Shown here: positions 41,230 to 54,381 of the stretch, one piece after another
How positions within the stretch are numbered: the first letter of the stretch is position 1
How the letters are laid out: each line of letters starts with the position of its first letter
Assembly: GCA_951406725.2 (NCBI GenBank)
Contig: OX597816.1
Coordinates: forward strand, 177,816,001 to 177,880,000
DNA from: Octopus vulgaris
Taxonomy: Eukaryota
Direction: 5' to 3'
Length of the DNA stretch: 64,000 nt
The notes under the pieces: model-generated
Databases searched by the model: none
What the model saw: only the letters and a program-made list of their open reading frames with translations
What the model was told of the DNA's origin: nothing
Program-made: the position numbers and the translations under genes

Positions 41230-41803
41230 GAGTGAGAGAGCAGTGCATGCCATCAAAGTGAGAGAGCAGTGCATGCCATCAAAGTGACACTGGGGTAAAA
41301 TATACGAAGCCCAGTATACCCAGTATACCCATCTGATAAAGGCACACCAGGCACATGCTTGAGAACCATATGTGTGCGACATGGTGATCTCATAACAAGA
41401 TAAACAGCGCATGACCTTGCGGGTGGGGCCCAGTCACAATTTTCTTCTGGTTGGGTAACCCATCCCACTCAAAAGGTCCCTGATTAAGGGTTGTCTAAGG
41501 ATATTGAACGAAACAGCTGTTTCCAGAGATGAATCATTCAAACCCCAAAGAATCCCTCTCAACACACGGCTATGATGCTCCCCCACTACTTCTGCTCGTG
41601 ATCAGAGATGCACATATCGTCAGCCACTAAGGGACATGCTCAACTGGTTAAGGTCAAACAACTGACAAGCAAATCTGTGGTATTGAGCAGAATATTTGCT
41701 GTAGCCCATCTTTTATACCAAGACAAAACAATGTACATGATAACACTTCCAGTCAGTTAAGATCAGAAGCCATGAGAGCCACTGCCTGGTACTGCATCAG
41801 GGC

Positions 41804-41807
<4 letters not shown>
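41230..41807 (-). mobile_element. Non-coding ~580-bp element inserted in (TAA)n
   Basis: GC-richer block flanked by (ATT)n on both sides; 26-bp tandem duplication at one end; no ORF or tRNA head; orientation inferred. Confidence 0.65.
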
Positions 41808-41866
<59 letters not shown>

Positions 41867-44120
41867 CATTATTTATTATGGGTTGTCTTATCTTATTTAT
41901 AATATTTCTATATTTTATTATTATTGTTGTTATATTTATTTTTGTCTGTGGTAATGTTATATTTGTCTAAACTAAGTTGTTTGCGGTAGTTATTCCATCC
42001 TGGGTATTAAAGTTAATATTATTGGGGAGGTATTTGATTTTACCTTTATATCCTGCATTTTGTAATGCTTTATTTTATTTTTCTTTATGCTTATTTAATA
42101 TCTCTTCATTAGAAGATAGGTTTGAAATTCTTTTACTTATATTTAAAAGTAGGGTTATTTTGCGCGGGGTAGTTACTAGAATTGCTTACATATCTTAGAT
42201 TAGAATTTTCTTTTACATAAGATTCATGGATTCCAATATTAAGGCTACAATTTACATCTCAATAGTTTATAGAATAATTTTCATTTTCAATAGTTATGGA
42301 TAGGCCAAATCTATTAAATAATTTATGTAAACGCTTTTCTAAGGATTTCGAGACGTCTATTCGAAAGGTTCTTAACTAGGAATAATGCGTCATCTCTATA
42401 TAGACCTCCAGTTAATTCAGGGAATTCCCTACCTATATTATCTAATAAATAAAGACCTACCAGGTCAGTCGTTTCCGCTGAGTCTAGCGATCCCATTGTA
42501 ATATCAAAGAGGTCTGGTGTGTCTTTTCTTGCCCATAGTTTGTTATCAAATTCAATAACAGTTTTACGGGCAGTAAGTATTACTTTTATTTCTCTCATAC
42601 TTAGATTAGTGTATCTCTTTGCGAAGATGAGAGCACTATTAAGTATTACAAGGTTTATAGATGCATAATAATTTTGTATATCAATTTGAATTAATTTTTG
42701 GTTATGCCCATTTCCTATCTTTATACTGGAAAACCAATCTAATTGAGTTTAACTTTATTTCTAATTATAGGTAGGTATTTATCTAATATTATTTTACTCA
42801 ATTTACCTAAGTCTGATTTATTGGGACAAATTAGTCTAACCTGTGTTTTGTTAGGCAAGTTCTCCTTGTGATCCTTAATTGTTATGCGTGGTCTTATAGG
42901 AGCAAATGGTTCAGTTTTTTCACCTAAATTAAAATCTAACATAATATTTCTTGCTTCTAAGTTAATCTTTGTTAGTGCAGCATTAGGTACAACCTTACAT
43001 TTTTTGTTATTTCCCTATAGAATAGTTCATGGTATGTGTAGGTGTCAATATTATATATGTTTCCAGTTTTATCAGAATGTGTTAAAATACCATTTTTGGT
43101 ATCAAATGTTCTTATAAGTTCTTTCAATTTTCTCTGGTAAAGATTATGTCTGAGTGGGTGGTTCTTAAACTTGATGTTTTTTTACGGTACTCCAAAGATC
43201 TTGTTCAAAGTTATCCTGATGTTTTGTAGCTGGTGGTGCTTTTCTAGATTTGAATGTATCTTTAGTAAGTTCCAGTATTTCTTCGTTGTTATTATTATTT
43301 CTAGCGTAGCTGTATTCGTTGTAAGTTTGAGAGTCCAACTGGTTAAGTTTCTTTTCATGAAGATATTTTCTCCAACGAATTGTATATTCATTTATCCTAA
43401 AGATTAATTCCTTAATATATGTGTCTTTAGGTGGGATAGGTATGTCCTTCGGTGACGAGTCTATCTTTATCAACTCCATTTTTCCAGCAGTATTCATTAG
43501 ATAGATATTTTTGAGGAATTAATAAATAAGTAGTTTGTTAATTAAAGGACTTAACAATATTACATGGAATCTTGCAGTATAGGTATTTGGAAAATGGAGC
43601 CTTGCATCTGAAACAATTTGCCAGATACAATAGATTTTTAACATAATTGGAGGCAATTTGTCAGATATAATAGATTTTGAAAATATTTTTAACAGTAATG
43701 AATACAATTTGATATGTAGGTATAGTTAATAATAGAAGGGAATTGAGAATATCTAAAATTAATTCTGGAAGTAAGTTTAACGATTAACAATATATTGAGG
43801 AGATATATACAATAAATTTGATATTTTATTCCTGGTTTGAGTTTGATCCAACTGATTTCCGACATGCATTTCAACCCACTTAAGTTACTAAATATATTAA
43901 TAACTCACATAGTTGAACTCATACATATAATATTATTTTTATTATTGTTATTATTATTATTGTTATTGACTTTTTTTCTTCTAAATAACTTGTAATAACT
44001 TACTTCTCATATCTACTATATTAAAATATTTTAAAATAATATTCCCTTAGTATATAACTTTAACCATTAATTCATATGTCTGTATGTGTGTGTATGTTTG
44101 TCTGCGTGTATATATATATT

Positions 44121-44177
<57 letters not shown>

Positions 44178-44181
<4 letters not shown>

Positions 44182-44512
44182 ATTGAACGCCTTCCATCCG
44201 GCCCTTACTCTCCGTGAGCTCTCCTTTTCGATATCTCGGCACATATTTACTTCCTGTCCCAGGGAGACATATTCCCTTACTGCCTCTATTTCATCACTGC
44301 CGATCATCATTCGACCTGTTGGTACGTTGTCTGACCGCATGAAAAGAGACCACCCGGAAGACCTCCACGACGGTGGAGCTACGATTTCAGGAGGACGATT
44401 GGGATCATGTAGATGAGAAAGGCGCGATCCAGAGAGGAGTGAACAGCGTGCTGTGACCAGCGGTGTCAAATGGACGCCTGACGGACTGGTCGGTCAAGGT
44501 GATCAAGGTGAT
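44178..44512 (+). mobile_element. Short RTE-clade LINE with 5' inversion
   Basis: 44178-~44340 minus: IEAVREYVSLGQ...RRVRAGWKAF; ~44341-44512 plus: KRPPGRPPRRW and a (caaggtgat)2 tail; inside (AT)n. Confidence 0.7.
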
Positions 44513-44525
44513 ATATATAGTTATA

Positions 44526-44561
<36 letters not shown>

Positions 44562-44563
<2 letters not shown>

Positions 44564-45130
44564 CCGTATCTTTTCCTTTCGATAAGGGCAAGAGATTTTG
44601 TAACATTTGCAACTCTGAACTCTTCCATATTCACTTCTCGAAGAATCCCCTTGCAAACACACTCATAGAGAGATCTTACAAATGTAAACTCTGGCAGAAA
44701 CATACATTTTACTCATATAAGTGATTTCGCCAGTCTTGATAGTTTGAACAGTTAGTTTACCTTGCACTTCACTTCAATAGAGGAATCTTTTCCTAAGCCA
44801 TTGAACATTCTTTTAATCAACGTATCCCTCCCTCTCTATTTGTTCCCTAATTACTATCCCTTTAACCCTTCTCCTCCTCCTATCTGCCTTTGACGTCGAA
44901 TCTACTAACGGTTTTTTTTAATACTTAATAACGTTCTGTTTATCATGTAGGCAGCCATCGTAATTGTTATAACGTCTTGTTGTTGAGAGAGGCTCTCTTT
45001 CTTTCCGGATGAGAAGATTGCATCTTACACCGTTTATTCCTTTGGAATAAAACCATGCTGTCTTCGAAACATATGTCGAAAGTAAAGGAATTTTCTTAAC
45101 ATCTTCGTTCAACTCCATTTATTTATTTAT
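44562..45130 (+). mobile_element. PLE 3' fragment (same family as 31357-32105)
   Basis: SVSFPFDKGKRFCNICNSELFHIHFSKNPLANTLIERSYKCKLWQKHTFYSYK*, then an HHR-bearing UTR. Confidence 0.75.
45001..45082 (+). ncRNA. Type I hammerhead motif family 4 (U4>G in core)
   Basis: ctttc-CGGATGA-gaagat...gtcttc-GAAA-catatg-TC-gaaag. Confidence 0.65.
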
Positions 45131-45137
45131 TCATGTC

Positions 45138-45217
<80 letters not shown>

Positions 45218-45537
45218 TTCACATTTTCAACTACTATTGTTCTGTTAACGATTTGTTTTATTTCATCGTTTATCAATTAACCAACCGTAACTGAGACAAA
45301 GTAATTCAAAAAATTGTTAACCAATTAGATTAAGTAAATGAATATAAATAATCCATCTCCACTTCCCGCAAGATTTAAACTACTGCAATAATAATAAACA
45401 ACGGAGAAAAACATACCACGTTTCTCTCTCTCTATATATATATATATATAAATATAAATTAGTCTGCGCATTATCCTACATTCCAATACACATATAATAG
45501 TATGTACATATAAGTATGTTTGAATGGAAAATATATA

Positions 45538-45604
<67 letters not shown>

Positions 45605-45872
45605 GTTGTGACCCCCTTCGGTCAGACACTGACCATAGGATTGCACCTAGAAAGTTACCCTCCCAGGCACAAGTCTGGGCAAGGTTGTTTGTATGGAAGA
45701 CCAGCAGTCGCCCATGCATACCGGCCTTCCCTCTCCACATCATCAGTGTTATCCAAGGGAAAGGCAAAGGGGCCGATACAGCTTGGCACCTGTGACGTCG
45801 CAACTCATTTCTACAGCTGAGTGAACCGGAACAATGTGAAATAAAGTGTCTTGTTCAAGAACACAACACGCA
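45605..45872 (-). mobile_element. SINE fragment with CORE-like domain, head missing
   Basis: Minus strand gtgttcttgaacaagacactttatttcacattgttcc...cactcagctgtagaaatgagt. Confidence 0.6.
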
Positions 45873-46273
45873 TATATATATGCGTATATGTATGTGTGCA
45901 TATGCATATATACGTTCCTCGTGTGTATGCAGATTCCTTCTGACATAACTGTAATAACTCTATGATATATTGATTGTAAAATTACTATCCTTATAACTTT
46001 CAAAAATATCTGTTTATATATTAAATTCTATATTATATCTATTGTGAATAACAAAATGCATCTAATATTAATAATATTAGTAATAACTGATTATTGTGTA
46101 TGCTTATAAATGCAAATATGTATGTACATTTCAGTATATATATAAGTATTTGTGTATATCTATATTTGTATATATGTATATGTATATCTATATATATACA
46201 AGTATTTAAATGTGTGTGTATGTTTATTTATTTTATATTTATATTTATTTACAGCTTAACATTATGTACTTTA

Positions 46274-46400
46274 TAATCTTTGACGAAGCCTAGAGAAACA
46301 CCCAAGTACCTCAATTTCATCTACATATTACTTCAGTCTACTTTAGTAATAAATGTAGAATGAGGTATTTTTACCTCTTGGCTGAAACAGCTCTAAGTTA
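46274..46400 (+). ncRNA. Degenerate hammerhead-like motif with long extended stem II
   Basis: TTGACGA-agcctagag...[tacctca/tgaggta, ctacat/atgtag, attact/agtaat]...ctcttggct-GAAA-cagctc-TA. Confidence 0.45.
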
Positions 46401-47039
46401 TTTTCCCAATTTATATTCATGTATGTATAATATCTATATATAACATCTATCCAATATCTAACCCATTTCAAAGATTTAAGATTACGTCCAATAGCGGTTG
46501 TACATTTGATGATTTTATTTTGTTCGTCGTTTAATTAGACGTATTTGAAATCTTGAAATACTGCATATTGCTAAATCACCATATCATACTTGTGTGTCTT
46601 ATGTAAAATAAAACAGAAAATTATTCTTAGAACGGTCTTATATGAATTGCAAGATTCCTCGTGAAAAGGGACGAATATCTCAAATTCCCAATTATCATCT
46701 TCCGTTAAAACAGACTTGATACTGATATATGAAACTAAATATGTAAATTTTCTATTATAATTCCATTCGTATCTAGTATACCATTATAGGAATGTCAAAT
46801 AGGCACCAGTAATCGACTGTTACTTTATATTATCGACTCTGTAACTATGAAAAGCAAAGCTAACCTCGACGGGATTTAACTCATAAAAAGCTCCAAAAAA
46901 GTGACATCATTTGAAATGTGAATATCTGAATAAGTACATGTCCTAAGCAAAAGAAATTAAATGGCCTTCATGTTGAACAATAAAGGATTTATCCATCAAA
47001 ATTCGAACAAGAGATTCAGAATGATGTAGATTTGTAACT

Positions 47040-47408
47040 GATTTCGATGAAGGTTCCGGTTGATCCGAATCAATGGAACAGCCTGCTCGTGAAATTAACG
47101 TGTAAGTGGCTGAGCACTCCACAGACACGTGCACCCTTAACGTAGTTCTCGGGGATATTCAGCGTGACACAGAGAGTGACAAGGCCAGCCCCTTGAAATA
47201 CAGGTACAACAGAAACAGGAAGTAAGAGTGAGAGAAAGTTGTGGTGAAAGAGTACAGCAGGGATCACCACCATCCCCTGCCGGAGTCTCGTGGAGCTTTT
47301 TAGGTGTTTTCGCTCAATAAACACTCACAACGCCCGGTCTGGGAATCGAAACCGCGATCCTATGACCGCGAGTCCGCTGCCCTAACCACTGAGCCATTGC
47401 GCCTCCAC
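47040..47408 (-). mobile_element. tRNA-derived SINE family C, full length
   Basis: Minus strand tggctcagtggttag (A-box) ... ggtttcgattccc (B-box); decayed 3' relative at ~63130-63235. Confidence 0.85.
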
Positions 47409-49074
47409 GTTCAATATATGCACCGCCTGTGACATTATACACGACAGATCGGTAGTCTAGCTCCAGCATGTCTTGCGTAACGTTCTCCAGCGCCTCAGGG
47501 ATTCTCTGCGCGAGGAAGAGGACGGATATAGAGCAGTTATTTCACACAGCCCTATAGAAAAAAATCACAAGGTGTCAAGTCAGATGAATGTTATGGCCAT
47601 TTCAGCAGCACATTGGCATTATCACTGGCATGCCCGATCCAAACTTAGTTTCTATACATTTTGTTAAAATTTGAGGTCATTTGAGCGAGAATTGGCTATG
47701 CTTAGACTCCGAAATAATGTCAATTTTAGGGGGACCATAATAACTACCACACACATTTTGTACGACGCTTACGTTTCCACCGATCCACCACCCTAATCAA
47801 GTATTTCTAATTCTATATACTGTTTGTGCAACCACACTAGGCGTTGTGCTTTAGTCCAAATATCATAAATATGATGGAGCGTTTCCATTTTTGTTGTATG
47901 ATTGAACAGATTCTTATAATTCTGAGTGCTACATTGAAGTATTTTGGGATTCATCTCAATTTTCAGAACCTTCTTCCAGAACAGTACCGTTAGGCTATCA
48001 TAGATACTGCCTAATGTAATGCAAATTAACTTATTAAATGTGTCCTTTCTTCTCTTCCTTTTTTTTTTTTAAATAAAAGCTAGCGGAGTGTGTTTCAACG
48101 ATGATTTGGCTGCTATTTCTAGCAATTCAAGTATCGACATAAAGGCTTCATCATTAATTCGTAACAGCACATGTAAGAAGAATATGTGGTGTACTTAATA
48201 GAGATGTGTATTTTTTCAGTGAACTGTATCCAGTACTAGGTTCCAGTTACCAACTCATACTAACTTCACTTACATTACTAATGATCCTTTATGTCATTAC
48301 TGAACACTGTTGAATTTACAGATATATGCTATAATTATTTTGCTTTCGAACAACCTCTGCGGCCCGCCGCTACTAATGATGATTACCTTCAATTTCCGCT
48401 GGCTTCAACTACACTAGGCAATAAATAACTTTTCATACACATTGAATATGAAGCATTTCCCCATAAAAATTTTTTCACGATACTCGAACGACATGGCAAA
48501 TACCTCATGCCAAATTCGCTGGTTAATTTTTAAAATGTAAGACTTTATAAAAACAGTTATTCGGTCGGGATATATTATTTATATCCGGTCTGAGAAAACC
48601 ACATTAGACACATAGCTGCTGACCGTCTCCTTCAAAATATATTCACCTGTACAAAATTCCGGCTAAGTACAAAACTGCAGCTTACAATTGGAACATTTTC
48701 ATAAGTTTGGTGTAAACATTCATGCTTGTATTCAGACTTTTAGGTAACCCTTGCTTCCTACATTCTAAGTAATCTAAAGCTTTCTTTTCATAAGCCTTAA
48801 ATTGCACTGGCGGTTGAAAAAAATTGCAATTGTGTGTCATATATGATGCATGGACGCCAGGGAAAGATGTCCTGTGTAGCACATGTGGTAGACACAGTGC
48901 AGGTAAATGGTTAAGATTAGTCGACTTTAACTTCCGTTAATGTATATGATCGACAGATCATCAAAGAAATTTATTTGCGATAGTTGTGTATGTTTATTTA
49001 CTGAGTTCGAAATCTTAAAGGGGTCTATTTTCCTCTTTTCGGGATTCAGGAAATAAGCGACAAGTTCTTACTCA

Positions 49075-49289
49075 CGAGTTGGGTACTGAAAAATTTCTGG
49101 TTTTAAATAAGAGAAAGTACAGGAGAATCAGTTTATGATTTTATTAAACATATTCCCCTCTCAGATTCACACATTTTTGCAGTGGTCTTTCAGCATTTCT
49201 AAGCCCTGTAGAAGAGCTCGGAAGGTTACGCCTCCAACCAAAGCCTTTCACGACACCCTCAAAACCAGGAACTTTTCAGTAACCCCTCG
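49075..49289. mobile_element. Mariner-like MITE
   Basis: cgag..gggtactgaaaaatttctgg / ccaggaacttttcagtaacccctcg-TA termini; relative at 55947-56122. Confidence 0.65.
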
Positions 49290-50132
49290 TAAACGATAAA
49301 ATCGATAGATCACCAACGAAATTTTACTTGCGGTACATTCATTTACTGACTTCGAAACCTCAAAGAGATCTATTTTCGTTTTTCCGGGATCCAGGAAATA
49401 AGCGACAAGTCCTTACCCACTTAAGTTTGTAGCCGTATCCCAACCTCAGAAATTCATATAATATTTTCAACGAGGTTAATGAGAAATGGAGCAACAATAA
49501 AGCACTGAACCAAGTGCATTGGCGTATCCGTTTACGTTTCGTACTTCTACGCTTTGAATTCAAATCCCACCAGGATCGAATTTACATTTCACCCTCATCC
49601 GTTAAGACCATAAACAAAATGCCACATGCCATGTACCTATTTAAAACATAAAATTAATCTGGTGGGCAATCAAAGAAAATCAAAGTTTTGTTTTGGCTTT
49701 CCTACATCTGTATTCAAGGATAAAGACGTAACGCAAAAATCCAAAAGTACGAATCAGCTAAATGCACACACACACACACACACACACACACGCGCGCGCG
49801 CGCGTACGTACATACATATATATTTATATATATATACATAGGAAACAAATTGAAAACACTAAAAATGAATTGGTAACATAAATCTTATAAACCAGAGATC
49901 TCGTTCTAGATCGTTTTTGCTTTCGTCTTTTTTTTAACACAGTAATTGGAAAAGCTTTCTTTTGGGTAGTGTTTCTAATTGCACTCAGGTTGTAAAGAAA
50001 AACAACAGACAGACCGAGAACCTTTGAAAACCTGCCAACAGCTTACATATATATATATGTATATATACGTATGTATGTATATATATATAAATATATATAT
50101 ATATATAAATATACACACACACACACACACAC

Positions 50133-50172
<40 letters not shown>

Positions 50173-50459
50173 CATACGTATATATACATATATATATATG
50201 TAATTATGTAATTATATATATGCATGTATGTGTGTGTGTGTGTGCGCGCGCGCGTTCGTATTAGTGTGTAACTGTGTGGTTGTATGTTTGTGTGATTATT
50301 CTGTTTCGATGTGTGTTTCTGTCTACAAATGCGTGTGTCTGCGTGTACGAGCACGTGCAAATATATTTTTGTAGGTTTACATGTATGTATGTATGTATGT
50401 ATGTATAAGCATAAATACACACACATATACACACATATATATATATATGCACACACACA

Positions 50460-50496
<37 letters not shown>

Positions 50497-50615
50497 GAGA
50501 GAGACTTGTAAGTGCTTGTGCGTGTTTGAGTATTAATATGTATTCATGTACATACACTGTTCTAGGTATAGTTATATTAAGTGCAAGTATATGAATATAC
50601 ACATAGATATATGTG

Positions 50616-50680
50616 ACTACTACTACTACTACTACTAATAATAATAATAATAATAATGATGATAATAATAATAATGAATG

Positions 50681-50769
<89 letters not shown>

Positions 50770-50782
50770 GCTGCTACTGCTG

Positions 50783-50826
<44 letters not shown>
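50616..50826. repeat. (ACT)n-(AAT)n-(ACT)n compound microsatellite
   Basis: Direct reading. Confidence 0.95.
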
Positions 50827-50827
<1 letters not shown>

Positions 50828-51779
50828 ACAGTACCTCACTAAAACACTCACTTAAAAATTCAGCTCCTATTAACGGAATATACTTTCTATCTTACTGCTG
50901 AGATATCTCCTGTAGATCAACAAAAAACTCGCAGAACGCACCATTCTTTTGAAGTATTGCCAAAATAGCAACTTCCGTTAATGATACAGAGTAGTCTTAC
51001 TCCATCAAAAACTCTCCTAGCATCTTTGGTCTAACGGCTATTTTTGTAGCAAGTCATGATATAAGAAAGAAGATAATATATATATAAGATGTTCGTTTTT
51101 ATTTGTGTTATATTCTTTCGTTTGTGTTTTATTTTATTTTATTTTAGGTATTTGTGTTAGAGATAAATTTGATATTTTCTTAAAATAATTACTTTCAGAT
51201 ACGCAATTTAATTGAGATAGTTAAAGAGATGGAACACAATAAAGGATAAAACTTCAAACTGAACGTCTGTACAGAAGGAAATGATCCATAGCTTGTATGT
51301 TTATATTTTCGTGACATAATTTAATAAGACATCAAGATCTAAAAGAAAATTTGGACTGCTAAACACATTGTGTGTTGATGTATTTATTTTACATATTTTT
51401 ATGGATTTTTCCCCAGAAAGATTTGACTGGTGTAATCTCCAATGTTTGGCAGTTACATACAGAATATTTTCGGTTAGACAGTACCATATAAATTACTAAC
51501 CAAAATATATCTACATTCATACTCCTACACAGCAACAGAATATCGAAGACTAAATTTCAGTTGAATAGGGATATATTTAAATGGTGTGTAAACTTTGAAA
51601 GTGCCATATAGGTAGTTGTTTCCGTTGAGATTGAAAACACTTCAGCTTTGATTTAATCTATGGCTTCAACCCTCTTATCTCTACAAACAAAAATATATCA
51701 GCTTTAAATCTGTTTTAGTATGGACTACTGTGGTATTAAAACCGATGCTAGGCTTACTCTCTAGATTTTCATTTTGTAC

Positions 51780-52181
51780 TCTTTACTCTCTCTTTTACTC
51801 TTTTTACTTGTTTCAGTCATTTGACTGCGGCCATGCTGGAGCACCGCCTTTAATCGAGCAAATCGACCCTGGGACTTATTCTTTGTAAGCCCAGTACTTA
51901 TTCTATCGGTCTCTTTTGCCGAACCGCTAAGTGACGGGGACGTAAACACACCAGCATCGTTGTCAAGTAATGCTAGGGGGACAAACACAAACACACACAC
52001 ACACATATATATATATACATATATACGACAGGCTTCTTTCAGTTTCCGTCTACCAAATCCACTCACAAGGCATTGGTCGGCCCGGGGCTATAGCAGAAGA
52101 CACTTGCCCAAGATGCCACGCAGTGGGACTGAATCCAGAACCATGTGGTTGGTTAGCAAGCTACTTACCACACAGCCACTC
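51780..52181 (-). mobile_element. SINE family A, full length
   Basis: Intact head ggagtggctgtgtggtaagtagc and a (AAGAGTA)-like tail. Confidence 0.9.
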
Positions 52182-52667
52182 CTGTAATAACGTTTTGGAT
52201 TCTTTTCTTTTTCTGCAGGGATCTGTATGTTTATATTTTTATTTTATTTAATAGTGACATTTGATCTTCATTTTTTCAATTCTCGTGTGTCCCGCTATTC
52301 ACGATTTGCTTATTTTTGCCCTGATCAAGTATTTTCGATGTTCTTCTATTATGATATTAAAGAGCGGTTCATAAATTTCTCTCGCACATGCTATTCCTCA
52401 AATAAAAAGGTTAAAACATGCGTAATATTTTTAAGCCGGGAAGGGCAGTCAATAGATAGAAATGGTAGAACACGGAATTATCTGCGGATTCAGTCTGAGG
52501 TCAATCTATTCTGACAATTATCCCTTCACTATAAGAGAACTTTGCACTCAATCAACTCGGATCAATATTTTTATGTATGAGAAATATAACACTGAAATTA
52601 ATTGGAGTTATAGAATGGTGAACTTTTTGTGAAAATATGTATAAGAATGTAAATAATCCTTAGTATG

Positions 52668-52930
52668 AGGTCGTATGGGCTAATGGTTAGGGTGTTGCAC
52701 TAACGATCTCGGGATCGTGGTTTCTGCTCCTAGGTCGGGTATTATGTTGTGCTCCAGAACAAAAAAACTTAATCCCACGTTGCTCTACGATTACTTCGAC
52801 ATATTGCGTGTGGTACACTGTGGACTTGATGTAGGGAGTGAGCTAACGTACTCACTCTAAATATATCATTTGTGCCAGTTAAGTTGTTCGGCAAGAAATT
52901 GCAGAACAGGCTTCCTTGGACGACGTGAGA
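52668..52930 (+). mobile_element. Old tRNA-derived SINE
   Basis: Degenerate A-box tgggctaatggttag, B-box-like segment and CORE-like segment. Confidence 0.45.
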
Positions 52931-53132
52931 CTACCACTAATAAATCCTTAGGGTTCTATTGATATTTCATGAAACATTTAACCATAGTAACGTGTTTTAG
53001 TATTGCGTACATTAAATCTTTCCCTAGTATATCTTTCATTAAATTTATTGGTACAGTGAAGCTAGTAGTCTTGCTAATGCGCTGAAACTGCGTCAGCAAC
53101 TGATGAAGGAATATATGTAAATGTGTGTGTGC

Positions 53133-53163
<31 letters not shown>

Positions 53164-54381
53164 CCTTTGAGTGTTTGTGTTTGTCTTGTCCCTTTCGTTT
53201 GTTTGTTCCTGTGCTTAATTTTGATTGTCCAGTAAAATTGTTGAACACCTGTATAATATGACAGTGGAGAAAGTAAAATATGACTACACTACATACAATA
53301 CGATTCTTCTCCGTACAACGGATTTTCCAGTATAGGCCAATCATGTATCACCGTAAAGACTGATCTCTGAGTTATGTCCAGCCGTTCGACCGTCTACTTG
53401 CATGCGATAGAATTGCTCGGTCAAAATTGACCTCTGGCTAAACAACAGCAACAGACTGGGAGATGTGCGATGTCGACCTTATACAAGATCTGGTATCTGA
53501 GCATACTGGATATAATTTTAATTATCGAAACTTCTCCTGTGCTTCCTTTTTATCTTAGTTGTTTTCTTGTCGTTCCTTATTCTGTTAAGTAATCAAATTT
53601 ATATTATTTTATACACTTAACTATAGTATTTGCAAACAACACTACTCTGTATCTAAACAAAATTATTATGGTTTTAAAGAGACATCAATTCTAATCTTCG
53701 ACGTCGGAAAGTTACTAATGTGGGTGTAGGTGTGGGTGGGGTGAGTGTGTGTGTGCGTGTGTGAGTGAGTGTGTGTGTGTGTGTGTTTCTGCTTAGATGT
53801 GTGTGTATTCACATTTGTACATCTATTGAAATTGTAAGGTAACCAATGCTATGAGAATAATTCGAACCACTAAAACACAGCCATTGACACTCTCGAGAAT
53901 TATGGTCAGTCAAAGGAATCGGCTTGGAGAAATCAGATGTATATGCAGCTACTGTCGCGTCTAGCATTAGCCAAAACGGCTTTGATGATATAGATGTAAC
54001 TCTAATCAATTTAAGAACAGAATCTATAGATATAATGACACATTTCGAACATTACAAAGGTGGAAACAAATATAGCAACAAGTGCGGTTCTTATAAAAAA
54101 AATAGTGATATATCTAGTATCGTTAAACAGTGTCGAGCAGATAAAACACCAAACTAAACGTAAACAAATACCTTCTTTAGCCATAACAGACTAAAATATT
54201 TTTGTAAGCAGCGACTTAAATCATAATATTCCAATAGAGTGACAAGGAAATCTGACAAAACACATTTTCTCTTCATGCTCTCTCTTCTCGTCAAAAAAAT
54301 GTTTTGTGCGAAATGTGCAGAATCGTAAGACGGACCTGACTTAAGCAGAAAGGTTCTGAGGATTTCTCAAACAACAGAATA

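Larger units (their letters stand above)
38320..43550 (-). mobile_element. Penelope-like element with YRDD RT (tentatively Naiad clade), split by two nested insertions
   Basis: SPKDIPIPPK..Y; ITIKDHKEN...RLICPNKSDLGKLSK; FDITMGS.D.AE..DLVG..L; GLYRDD; Asn-rich linkers; KCNCRIRNNCVFNNDC at 38325-38380. Confidence 0.8.

Noticed and set aside
43850-43930. Hammerhead upstream of the YRDD PLE ORF (minus strand hairpin followed by GAAAtgcatgTC)
   Set aside because: No CUGANGA core or stem I could be fitted; too degenerate to call
47330-47408. tRNA gene
   Set aside because: A/B boxes are present but run into a SINE body with no proper acceptor stem; the same applies to the other SINE heads
48682-48882. 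66-aa minus ORF ending near a GTAAG donor-like site
   Set aside because: No recognisable homology or clear acceptor; unsupported
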